Origin: Hemiscyllium ocellatum
Taxonomy: Eukaryota
Assembly: GCF_020745735.1 (NCBI RefSeq)
Contig: NC_083445.1
Location: 12,834,001-12,898,000 of the forward strand
DNA length: 64,000 nt
Direction: 5' to 3'
The position numbers were made by a program, and so were the translations under genes. Within the stretch, counting starts at the first letter, position 1. Each line of letters starts with the position of its first letter. A model generated the notes under the pieces. It saw only the letters and a list, made by a program, of their open reading frames with translations. It had not been told where the DNA came from and searched no databases. Positions 26,694-37,689 of the stretch are shown in pieces.

Positions 26694-27411
26694 TGTTGTG
26701 GAGTTGAAAGTGTGCACTGTACCTTTAAGTTACAGTGAAAGTTGAAAAGCTGACAAGCCTGTCATGTGACTGACTGCAGGCTCAGAGTGTACTGGATAAT
26801 TGGAAGATGTAACATTTGAGCTGTAACAAAAGATACCTCATCGTTTTCACAGCAGATTGAATTCAACCAATCAGTTTAAATAATGCCTCAAGATACTAAA
26901 ACCCAATCGAATTTGAATTTTGCTAGTTTGACAACATCAAACCAATGAGATGATCCAGTGTTTTGGGGTATAAAAAGCAGGCATTTTGGACAGTTAGCCA
27001 GAGATAAGAGCACCTACTGCCATACAGACTGCCCGCAATCCTTCTCTCTAAAAGGATTGAAGAATCTGTACAGCAGAAGACCAAAGATGACCCAGGAAGA
27101 CACAGTGGAGGATCGGCACAGCTGGCTGGTTTTGAAAATTGATTTTCCATAAATTTAATAGGGGCATTATCGGGTCAGTATATTGTTATAGAGTGGGAGG
27201 TAGATAAATCGTTAAGACAAAGGAGGCATACAGTTGTCGATAATTGTTTAATTATCTCTTTTGGAGTTAAAGAATAAAATTGTTTCTTTGTCTTTAAACG
27301 GTGAGATTTGGGGTAGATCTCTATTACTCATACTTTAACAGATTCCGAGGCAAGGTGACTTTTTCTGTGAGTTTGGTTAAATTAGCAGAAGGGTTTACCT
27401 GTGTCATAACA
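26694..27411 (+). mobile_element. Solo LTR
   Basis: TG...CA ends (tgttgtg / cataaca), perfect 4-bp TSD gggt, three CCAAT boxes, TATAAAAA at about 26968, AATAAA at about 27272. Confidence 0.85.
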
Positions 27412-27635
27412 GGGTACACGAGCAGACAACACAACATAACGGGTACAGTTTTAGAAGGGGTTCAGAGCAATGAACAGGTGGACAAAGCAGTTGATAAAGA
27501 GTTTCCCTCACACCAAAGGAAAACAATTGTCTCCAGCTACCTCTCAGCACAGCAGTTAGACCCCAGCAATCTCCTCTATTCAACCCAAGCTGATGTAATC
27601 CTTCGGATACTGTAAGCCTCCAGCCCAAGAGTTGT

Positions 27636-27983
27636 TCACTCACAGTACACAGCGAAGATGCAGGCCACACAAAACATGGTGCCACACTCAGAGCAATGGG
27701 ACACAAAGGTGTCTGCGTAACTGTCCCAGAGTGCCCGGCTGGTCAACACAGCATCCTCATTTCTCTTCTCGCCCAGTGTTACCATGCACACCAGCTTGTA
27801 TCTGGGCGGCAGAATCCCCTTTGCAAACGTTTTAATCTCGTCACTCATTTCTTTCGAGAGCTGACTGGCGAGGGCAGGGCCGTAAGTGATGCCACGAAGC
27901 TTGTCGGGCAGGTATTCCTCCAGGAACCCTTGAACACGGAAGGTGCAGAACTTCTGAGGGGGGTTCGAGGAAAATGGTGGCAC
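27636..27983 (-). CDS. Tctex1-domain dynein light chain gene (DYNLT4/DYNLT5-like), last coding exon with the whole Tctex-1 domain
   Basis: Acceptor cttctccattctccag|GTG; VPPFSSNPPQKF...PPRYKLVCMVTLG...SRALWD...FAVYCE*. PRYKL, SRxLWD and terminal YxE are Tctex-1 family hallmarks. Confidence 0.92.
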   Translation of the reverse strand: MPPFSSNPPQKFCTFRVQGFLEEYLPDKLRGITYGPALASQLSKEMSDEIKTFAKGILPPRYKLVCMVTLGEKRNEDAVLTSRALWDSYADTFVSHCSECGTMFCVACIFAVYCE

Positions 27984-28404
27984 CTGGAGAATGGAGAAGC
28001 GAGTCCGATGATTAACTTTCTGCTCCATTTAGATATTTCTGTCACTGGATATATTGTTATTATTTCGCAGGATGGTAATACAGGATAAATAAGATCCTAA
28101 AGTGAAACCTGCCTCAATAAGTTCTCGTCTTATTCTTCTGCTTACCATGGAGAACATATCCACAAGAGGCTGCCAATGTACTTTCAACAAAAGAACATAA
28201 AAGTTTATTACATGGAAGAAAACTACAAACTATATTACACTAGACAATACCTAGGAAATTATCTCTCTATAAGCTTCAGAAAGGACAGTTAATCCCCTTT
28301 ACCCCAATATTACCTTTACAGCTAATCAAACCTCTATGAAGAACTACCCCACCTCCAGGGTCAAGATTTTGGCTCGGGTGTAATCAGTTTGCTTTCTGCA
28401 AACA

Positions 28405-28893
28405 AGGCCAACTTTGGAATACTGTGTTCAGTTCTGGTCTCCCTCCTATAGAAAGGATGTTGTAAAACTTGAAAGGGTCCGGAAAAGATTTGCAAGGATG
28501 TTTCCAGGATTGGAGGGTTTGGACTGTTTCCCCTGGAGCATTAGAGGCTGAAGGGATGACCTTATCGATGTGTATAAAATCATGAGGGACACAGATAGGG
28601 TGAATGGACAAGGTCTTCTCCCCAGGGTAGGGGAATCCAAAACTCGAGGGCATAGGTTTAGGGTGAGAGGAGAAAAATTGAAAAGGGACCTGAAGGGCAA
28701 CTTTTTCATGCAGAGGGTGGTATGTGAATGGAACGAGCTGCCAGAGGAAGTGGTGGAGGCTGGTACAATCACAACATTTGGAAGGCATCTGGATGGGTAC
28801 ATGCATAGGAAGGGTTTAGTGGGAATAGGGACAAATGCTGGCTGATGGGATTAGATTAAGTTAGGATATCTGATTGGCATGGACGAGTTGGAC
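28405..28893 (+). mobile_element. CR1 LINE 3' fragment, abutting a minus-strand CR1 piece
   Basis: YKIMR..GESKTRGHRFRVRG..GNFFMQRVV..WNELP. Confidence 0.9.
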
Positions 28894-29071
28894 AGTACTC
28901 CAAAATGGCCTCACCAATGTCCTGTACAACCTTAACATGATGTCCCAACTCCTATACTCAAAGGTCAGGGCAAAGAATGCAAGCATACTAAAAGTTTATT
29001 TAACCACCCTGTTTACCTGTGATGCAAATTTCAAAGAATTGTGTACCTGAACCCCTCAATGTCTCTCTGTT

Positions 29072-29505
29072 CTGCATCATCATCATTGGCGGTCCCACAC
29101 AGACGAGAATGACTCTCTTCCACTCTCAGGGTGAGCCCATAGGTGGCTGTACGGATCGATGAGGCTACCACAGGCTCTGTTACACTTGGGCAGAAGGTGG
29201 TCGAGGGAAGGGGTGGGTGGGGTATTGGGGTAGAAGCGCGCTACTTCTGCTGCTTGCACCCAACTTCTACTTTTTCCCAATGACAAGTCTCAAGGTGCCT
29301 CTCCTGCACTTCAGGAAGGTCTTGGGCCAGTGAGTCCCAAGTGTCTGTGGGAATGCCGCACTTCACCAGTGAGGCCTTGAGGGTATCAGCTTCTCCTGTC
29401 CACCTGGGGCTCACCTACCAGTTTGGAGCTGGGAATAGAGCACCTGCTCAAGAGTCTCGTGTCAGTCACCTGGACGCCATGCTCCGATCAAGAGGGAGGG
29501 GATTG

Positions 29506-29539
<34 letters not shown>

Positions 29540-30955
29540 TGGTCAGTGCCTCAATGCTGGGGATGTCGGCCTGGTCGCGGACGCTGGTGTTGGTACGTTG
29601 TTTTCCCAGCGGATTGGCAGCATCTAGCGGAGGCAGTGTTGGTGGGACTGCTCCACAGCCTTGAGCTGTCTGCTGTAGACCGTCCACGTCTCAGAGCCAT
29701 CTAAGAGGGTGGGAACCACCACAGCTCTATATATCATGGGCTTGGTGTTGGGATCTGGTATTGTTGTCCTCAGGCACTGTTTTCCTCAGGCAGCTGAAGG
29801 CTGTGCTGGCACACTGGAGGCAGTGCTGGATCTCTGCATCAATATCTGCTTTGGTCGACAGGACACTGCTAAGTTATTGGAAGTGGTCAATCTTCTCTAA
29901 GGCCTAGCCATTGACCTTGATGATCAGGGGTCAGCTCTGCAATACCGGCCCAGGTTGGTGGAGGACCTTCAGGGTGAGACTCATGCTTTTACGTGCCTCT
30001 GGAAAGAAGCTGACAATAACCTGGACTTTGCCCTCTGAGATTGCACACACACACACCCACAAACATCAACCACCTACTGCAGCTCGATGACGCTGGTTGG
30101 GGTGAGTTTGGTTTTGGTTTGAAGGCGGGGGGAGGTTGAATAATTTCCTGCTGGTTCTGTATCTTAGCCCCACTCCACCGGGGAGCTTGTCGGCGGTGAG
30201 GTGAGGCATTGCAGCGAGATAGATCAGGAACAGTGTTGGCGCAATGACACAGCCCTGCCTGAACCCGGTCCGAACGGGGAATGGGTCGATGGGGGAGCCA
30301 TTTGTCATGACTTCCATGTCATCGTGGAGCAGGCGAAGGATGGGGACAAACTTCGTGGTGTAGCCAAAGTGGAGAAGGACACTCCATATTGTTTCCTGAG
30401 TGATGGTGTCAAAAGTCCTTGTAAGGTCGGGGCAGCCATGTACTGGAGAAGGTTCTGTTCTCTACTTTTCTCCTGCAGTTGTCACATCATGAAAATCACA
30501 TCCATTCTGCCCCCCTGTGGCCAGAAGCCATACTGCGATTCCAGGAGTTCCTCAGCCGCAGGGAGGACACAGTTGAGGAGGACCTTGACGATGACTTTTC
30601 CAATGGCCAACAGCGGGGAGATTCCCCTGTAGTTACCACAGATGAACATGTTCCTTTTATGGGAATACTCACGATGGTGACATCTCGGAGCTCTCCTGGG
30701 ATGCTCCCCTCCTTCTAGATAAGGCAGGCGAGGGCACGTAGCTGCTCTGGGAGCTCGTGCCTCTGCACTTCAATGCCTCAGTGGGAATACTGTCTGCTCC
30801 AGCTGCCTTGTTCTTAAGCCAGTGGAAGGCCTTCTTCTTTCAGGGCTGGGTGTTGCTGAGCTCGTGGTATCTAGTCTGCTGTGGGATGCATTCAAGGGTC
30901 TTCAGATTGATGACAGACCCTTGGATGAGGAGGTCTCTGAGATGCTCCCCAGCGT
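29072..30955 (-). mobile_element. Degenerate RTE-clade LINE nested in a minus-strand CR1; contains a (GT)n tract at 29508-29537
   Basis: FPVRTGFRQGCVIAPTLFLIY, RYRT..KLFNL; (GAT)n 3' tail at 29074-29085. Confidence 0.85.
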
Positions 30956-31189
30956 TATTTGATGGCCTCTTTACAACAACATTACCCAGGGCCCTGCCAT
31001 TAATTGTATAAGTCCTGTATTACCAAAATACAAAACCTCACATTTATCCAAATTAAACTCCATCTGCAAGTCCCCAGCCCATTGACCCCATCGATCAAGA
31101 TCTCTTTGTGGTGGAGTGTCTACAGTGCAAGTCTGCATTGACCCTCCTAAAAGCATCCACCCTATCTATGTAACAATACATTTATCATA

Positions 31190-32040
31190 GTTAACCCCCC
31201 TAGCCTGGACACTATGGGCATTAGCATGGCCAACCCACCTAACCCACACATCTTTGAACTGTGGGAGGAAGCCAGAGCACCCGGAGGAAACCCACGCAGA
31301 CACGGGGAGAATGTGCAAATCCCACACAGACAGGTTGGAATCGAACCTGGATCCCTGGCACTGTGAGGCAGCAATACTAACCACTGAGCAAGCATGTGCT
31401 AAAATGGAGATTGAGGTAATTAGCATCCATGATCTAACTGAATGATGGAATTGACTCAAAGAGCTGAATGGTTTTTTCTTGTTCCTCTTTCCATTTTCCT
31501 GTTCACCCAGGTGAGAGATGGTGAATTAAATTAAATGATTTTGTTTCTCCTTAGTTTCTTACAGTGTCTGAGTGGCACTGTTGCCTCAGGGAGTCAGCAG
31601 ATGTGGTTACCAATCCCACAGAGACTTCAGAATCAGTCAATTATTATAGCGGTGAAGGGAGCCATTCAGCCCATCAATTATCTCATGCCAATTTCCTGCC
31701 TTTTCCTCATATCCACAGCGCAGTGGCCCAGTGATTAGCCTTGCTGCCTTACAGCGCCAGGGACCCAGGTTTGATTCCATCCTCGGGCAACTGTGTGGAG
31801 TTTGCACATTCTCCCCGTGTATGCGTGGGTTTCCTCCAGGTGTTCCGGTTTCGTCCCACTGTCCAAAGATGTGTAGTTAGGTGGATTGCCAATGTTAAAT
31901 TGCTCATAGTGTGCAGGCTGGATAGACTAGCCATAGGAAATATAGGGTAGGGGAATGGGTGTAAGTGGAATGCTGTTCAGAGGGTCAGTGTGGACTTGAT
32001 GGGCCAAGTGGCCTGCTTCCACACTGTAGGGATTCTGCGA
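31190..32040. mobile_element. Divergent pair of HE1-like SINEs (about 31190-31390 minus; 31715-32040 plus)
   Basis: SINE head and body motifs on opposite strands. Confidence 0.75.
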
Positions 32041-32779
32041 TCCTATCCACCACATTTCCAGACAGTCAACTCCATTCTCTCACTACTCGCTGCGTGAAGA
32101 AGTTTTTCTCACATCACCTTTGCTTCATCTGAACATCCCGTTAAATCTGTATTCTCTTGTTCTTTCCTCTTTTATGAACGAGAACAGCTTTTCCTTATCT
32201 CCTCTACCCAACCTCGTTCAAATCTCCTCCCAGCTTTGTTTTCTCCAAGGAGAAGGGTTCCAGTGTCTTCAATCTATCCTCATCAATGAAGGCTCCAATT
32301 TCTGGATCCATTCTCAAAATCGTTTCTGCACCCTCCCCAAAGCGTTGACATCGTTCCTACCTGAGCACAGGCTAATAGACTTACTTGATCATGAGAGCTC
32401 CCCAACAACAGCACAATAAAACAGAAACAAAAAGTGGAAAAGCTCAGCAGGTCTGGCAGCATCTGTGAAGGGAAATCAAACCAAACACAAGAACCTAGCA
32501 GAAGGTAGAGGTGGGGGTTGCAGTTGGAGGCCAAAGGTCATATATCAAGACATCTAGTGATACATTCACCCAAACTTAATGTTTCCAGTCCGGTGATCCT
32601 TCCCCAGAACTGATGGTAATTCAAAACAAGTTGTTTTTGATGCAGACGATAAGGTGGGAGGAGGAAATAAGGAGTAAATATCAGGTGCAGGTAGAGCTCA
32701 AAGAGAGAACATTTGGATAGACAAAGGAGTGGATAATGATCTAGACAGGAGAATGAAAAGCTACAAACAACAGGTTACC

Positions 32780-33200
32780 TGGTTGTTGTCAGATTGCTGC
32801 TTGTGGGAGTTATTATACATTTTGCTACCTCGTTTCTGAAACTACAATGGTGACTATAATTCACAGAAGTGAGTTCACAAAAATTCACTGTTTGTACAGC
32901 ACCTTGGGACATCTAGTGGTCATAAAAAAAATGCTTTGCAAATGCAACTCTTTCGTTCTTTCCAGAAACTTAGCAGCTAATGTTGACCGTTAAAGGGAAG
33001 CCAATTTGTACACAGTAAAATCCCACAAACAGCAATGAGGTGATGAGGATATTATCCACCTTCACATGGTGTATGAGGGATAAATATTGGCCAGGATGTG
33101 AAGGGGGAGTTCTCCTGCTCCCCTTCCATTAGCACTATGGGATTTTTTTAGCAGGCAAGGTCTTGGACTAATGTGTCATCTCAAAGTCAGCACTTCCAGC
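32780..33200. mobile_element. Tail-to-tail Deu-domain SINE relics; similar relics at about 11640-11800, 17100-17270, 45400-45560, 59060-59200 and 61740-61905
   Basis: Decayed attgctgtttgtgggagcttgctgtg..aaattggctg..tttcctacattacaacagtgactacacttc motif. Confidence 0.55.
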
Positions 33201-33312
33201 AATGCAGCAATCTGTCAGTTCGGGGTCAGTTAGCTCAGTTGGTTGGTCTGTGATTTAGAACGATGCGCAGGTTCAATGCCCGCACCAACTGAGATTACCA
33301 TGAAGGATTCTC

Positions 33313-33760
33313 AATAGACAATAGACAATAGACAATAGGTGCAGGAGTAGGCCATTCAGCCCTTTGAGCCTGCACCGCCATTCAATATGATCATGGCTGA
33401 TCATTCCTAATCAGTATCCTGTTCCTGCCTTATCTCCATAACCCTTGATTCCACAATCTTTGAGAGCTCTATCCAACTCTTTCTTAAATGAATTCAGAGA
33501 CTGGGCCTCCACTGCCCTCTGGGGCAGAGCATTCCACACAGCCACCACTCTCTGGGTGAAAAAGTTTCTCCTCATCTCTGTCCTAAATGGTCTACCCCGT
33601 GTTTTTAAGCTGTGTCCTCTGGTTCGGCACTCACCCATCAGCGGAAACATGTTTCCTGTTGCCAGAGTGTCCAATCCTTTCATAATCTTATATGTCTCAA
33701 TCAGATCCCCTCTCAGTCTTCTAAACTCAGGGGTATACAAGCCCAGTCGCTTCAGTCTTT
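33313..33760 (-). mobile_element. Young CR1 3' fragment with (ATTGTCT)n tail, inserted in a tRNA-derived SINE
   Basis: Uninterrupted ORF RRLRGDLIETYKIM..RRNFFTQRVV..WNALP; atagaca x3. Confidence 0.9.
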
Positions 33761-34599
33761 CAGTCTTTCTCCTTCTCAACCTCTCCCCTCGCCTGAGGCA
33801 TGGTGACCCTCAGGTTAAACAGCACCAGTTTGTCTCTCTAATGAAAGAGTAGCCTTCTGGGACTATGGCAACTTTAGCTTTACTCCTTCAGCACAACAAT
33901 GGAACACCAACCTTGAGTTAAGTCCTAGTGTGGGATTTGAACCCAAACCTTTGTATTTTGAAGGCATCCTCTGAATTACAACTGCTTTGTTTCTTTTCAA
34001 AGAGCAACTAGAATGCACTCACACCCATGTTTCTCAACATCCCAATCAGAATGCCTGGATTCTGCAGTGCTGTTGTCACGTTGAGGTTCCATGTATCTCC
34101 CAGAGAGGGAGAGGTAGTCAAAGGAGGACTCGTCACCCCCGAACCTGCATCGCATGTAGGGTTACCGACATCCAGGATTGACCTGGATTTCCAGGACTCA
34201 TGACACATTTTCTGGACATTGTCTTGAGCAAAAACTGAAAAAAGAATAAGGGCATTGGAATAAATTGGGTCTGTTTTCCACCCATGTCAATTTATGGAGC
34301 TGGGTGGGGGGGCATAGTGGAAAAGGCTGTTGTTCAGCAATCGAATTTGGCAAGGAAGAATCTTTGTCTTTCCAGATTGGTTGGGGTACTGTGAGGGAAG
34401 AGTAACCAAACACAAGAACCTAGCAGAAGGTAGATGCTGGGTGGGGGGTTGTAGTTGGAGGCCAAAGGTCATTTATCAAGACATCCAGTGATACACTCAC
34501 CCAAACTTGGCAATCCTGACAAAACAGTTAATCTATCAGCAGTGACAAAAGCAATGGAGGATTGCCAGCACTCTTATTGATGGAGAGAATATTACAGAC

Positions 34600-34662
34600 C
34601 TGTTCGTTTATAATCTTGGTAACCGTTGGTATCTTTGCAGCTCGCTTCAAAGCTGTTCTCTC
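34600..34662 (-). CDS. Tctex1-domain dynein light chain gene, coding exon 3
   Basis: 88-nt intron with a ctaac branch motif and AAG acceptor; 63 nt ERTALKRAAKIPTVTKIINEQ; donor CAG|gtctgt; phase 0/0. Confidence 0.65.
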
Positions 34663-34750
34663 CTTCCATCATAAAAGCAATTTGAAAACAAAAGTTAGTT
34701 TCGTGCTTTGACAGTGAATTTGGAATTCTTTAACTTCAAACTTCAATCAC

Positions 34751-34864
34751 CTTTAAATTCTTCGTTAGTCTCCTGGCAACGACAATCCCACTGAAGGTGA
34801 ATGCAGGAGGGCGTGTCACACTTAAAACATTCCCCAGTGGCACTCCCCCTTTCACTCCTCCAAC
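34751..34864 (-). CDS. Tctex1-domain dynein light chain gene, coding exon 2
   Basis: Acceptor ctctaactctctattgcag|; 114 nt open, VGGVKGGVPLGNVLSVTRPPAFTFSGIVVARRLTKNLK; donor AAG|gtgatt; phase 0/0. Confidence 0.78.
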
Positions 34865-35847
34865 CTGCAATAGAGAGTTAGAGGGAGTTAAGGAACTAAT
34901 GTCAAGTGCATTTTTGAAGTGTAGTGAGGGGTAGGTGCGAGAGTCTCGCACTATAGATCCCTTTATTAATGGGAGAGTTTATATCTTTAACCAGACCAGT
35001 TCCGAAAGTCAAGTTATTCAGTGATGAAAAGATTTGTTAATCCAAATAAGAGAGGGTCAGAGGTGGTGGCATTGCAGTCATGCCACTGAACTAGTCATCC
35101 AGAACCTTAAACTAATGTTCTGAGAGCATGTGGTGCTGTGGTGGTGTCTCTACCTCTCAGCCAGGTGGCTTAGCTTCAAATCCTGTCTACTTCAGAGGTA
35201 TGTAATAACATCTCAGAACAGCTTGCTCAGGAAATATCTCAAGTAAATAAGAACCAGGCATCTGGTGTAAGGATATGGGGTTGGCCATTTTGGACTGGGC
35301 TGAAGAGAAATGTCCTCACCCAGAGAGTGATGAGCATGTGGAATTCTCTACCACAGAATGCCATAACATTGAATGTTCTCAACGAGAGGTTAGATATTGT
35401 TATTTGGACTAAAGGGGACAAGAAGTGAAGGGAGAGAAATGGGAAGAGGGGAGTGAGTTGGATGATTAGCCATGATCCTTTTGAATGGTGGAGCAGGCTT
35501 GAAGGGCCAAATGGCCTACTCCTGCTCCTGTTTCCATTGCAGATTCTGTTGTCACAAGTTTTTATGCCATGGGGTATGTTTTGGATTTGATACAAACTGG
35601 TAGGGGAGAAGGCAAAGTGAAGAACCATCTTCGGGCAGATTCTTCAGTCACACTACTTATTAGGCTTTATACAAGACGCTATGATACATGCTAATCTTAT
35701 ACCAAGCTCTGTTTTACAGTTACAATACATAACTCCTAATCTGTCTTCATGGAGTTTTCACATCAATATGCTCTCTTTGTCTCTTTCAGGTCATCACACA
35801 TTCTAACGTACTTCTTCCAATGTTCTTGCCAGACTTTTCTAACACCA

Positions 35848-36065
35848 TTCTGGGTCAGTGGTGCTGGAAGAGCACAGCAGTTCAGGCAGCATCCAAGGAG
35901 CAGCAAAATCGACGTTTCGGGCAAAAGCCCTTCATTATTCCTGATGAAGGGATTTTGCCCGAAACGTCAATTTCGTTGCTCCTTGGATGCTGCCTGAACT
36001 ACTGTGCTCTTCCAGCACCACTGATCCAGAATCTGGTTTCCAGCATCTGCAGTCAGTGTTTTTAC
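35848..36065. mobile_element. PLE-derived hairpin mini-insertion with hammerhead motif (35937-35972), in a Tctex gene intron
   Basis: ~85-bp inverted arms meeting at cttcat-t-attcctgatga; TSD cttttctaac(a/t)cca. Confidence 0.88.
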
Positions 36066-36609
36066 CTTTTCTAACTCCACCCACACTGTGGTATTTATAC
36101 CCAACAATAATACAAAGGTTGCATAGGCTGCTCTTGCCCTTACAGAGACACGTTTTAAATAGTTAGCAAAAGGAACAAAGAATTGAGAATCATTTATTTT
36201 CTGACTGGAATGCATTGCTTAAAATGGCAGATGAAGTGGATTCAATAGTAGCTTTCCATCTGTACTTGAAAAGAAGGAATTCGCAGCATATAGACAAAGG
36301 ATCCGGAAATGAGAAGTTCAATTTCTCCATCACGAGTCAGCACAGGCGCATTGGGCCAAACGACCTCCATCTGTGCTGTCTGATTCAGAATATCTGCCAT
36401 GCTCAGATAGTGAGAGAACGTCATCCTGAGACTGCTACTCTGAACATCTGTGAAGCAAGAGTGGGATTAGCGCCAAGCTGGGATTAGTTTGGACAATGTG
36501 GGAACATTAGGGAAAGAAAAGTGTGACCAATACATTATAATTGAATGGAGCTATTGATGTTTTTCTCACGTTCTGACTGCAGCTTAGCTACATTGTGATT
36601 TTTTGTTAC

Positions 36610-36777
36610 CTCTGTTGTTGTTGCTTTACATGCTGAAGTAAGGCTGTTGGCTCTTGCTTTACTTGAGATAGACGATCGTTTCTCCTTGCCTCTGGCGAGA
36701 ACTGAGCTCTCACTCCTTCTTTTGTCCATGCTGAGCTGTGTGAAACTCAGCAAACTATCGACTGGATCTTTGCTCAT
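36610..36777 (-). CDS. Tctex1-domain dynein light chain gene, coding exon 1 (exon starts at 36786)
   Basis: Acceptor tgtttcttgtgttgcag|GAACAAGTT ATG; 56 codons MSKDPVDSLLSF...KATTTE; donor GAG|gtaaca, phase 0. Confidence 0.75.
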
Positions 36778-36852
36778 AACTTGTTCCTGCAACACAAGAA
36801 ACATAGCATTCAGTATCCCCAACACACTTACACAGTACTCTATTGTTACACC

Positions 36853-37461
36853 TGTGACGATGCTGTTGCTTTTAAAGGTGTGTTTTGTCCTCGTTTGTGT
36901 TAAGAGAGAGATTGAACGAGAGCCATCTGTGATAACGTAAACAGCCTATGAGACCTTGGGTTTTATTTTAAGAAGTTGGAACAATAGAAGCAGCCTGGAT
37001 GGGTGTGGCCAGCTCTTAGAGTCCAGGATTGTTTTTTTTCAACTTCTGGGTTCAGCAGAAGCTGCTGTAGGCTTTAAGAAGTAAAGGCTATTTTGTCCCC
37101 TCTCTTGATTACAAATGGAAGCCAGGGTTTCTCTTTCTCTGTCAGATGTTACATGAGAGCTTTCTGAATTTGCCTTTTTGCCTAAGGGGTGGTTATGGGA
37201 TGTTACGGTGTTGGAAGTTAATTAGTAATAGTTACTAATTATTCTGTTAAGCTTTCCAGTAGAGTTAAGTTAATTTAAGTTCTTATTTCTTTTGTTCTAT
37301 TTTAGCTATAGTATTTGAATAAAATGTGGTTTGCTTAACATTGAGTATTTTGACCAGCCACGTTGGAACACAACTCTTTAATTTGCCATTATAAAAAGAA
37401 AAAGATAGGGTTGAGGTGACCACTTTAAAATATTTTGAGGGGTCTGGTCTGGTCCATAACA
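36853..37461 (+). mobile_element. Solo LTR
   Basis: TG...CA ends, near-TSD cacc/tacc, AATAAA at about 37318; same family as 16253-16877. Confidence 0.7.
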
Positions 37462-37689
37462 TACCTATTATGTGTGTTGATCTGCAGGAGTTGACTGAAT
37501 GGTTGTTTAACTGAGAGAGATCGTTGTTTCAAATTCCTCATACAGGTTGACAACAAGTCGTCTTTATATCGTGCCTTTAATGTAGTGAAACAGCCCAAGG
37601 CGCTCCACAGCAGCATATAAAGCAATTTGTCACACAAAGCCATACAGCTATTTACGAGGGCAAATGATCAAAAGCTTAGTCAAAGAGAG

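Noticed and set aside
27984-28028. Track ORF 27636..28028 as a single-exon gene starting at MEQKV
   Set aside because: The first 15 codons cover a branch-like motif and polypyrimidine/AG acceptor, and in-phase upstream exons exist
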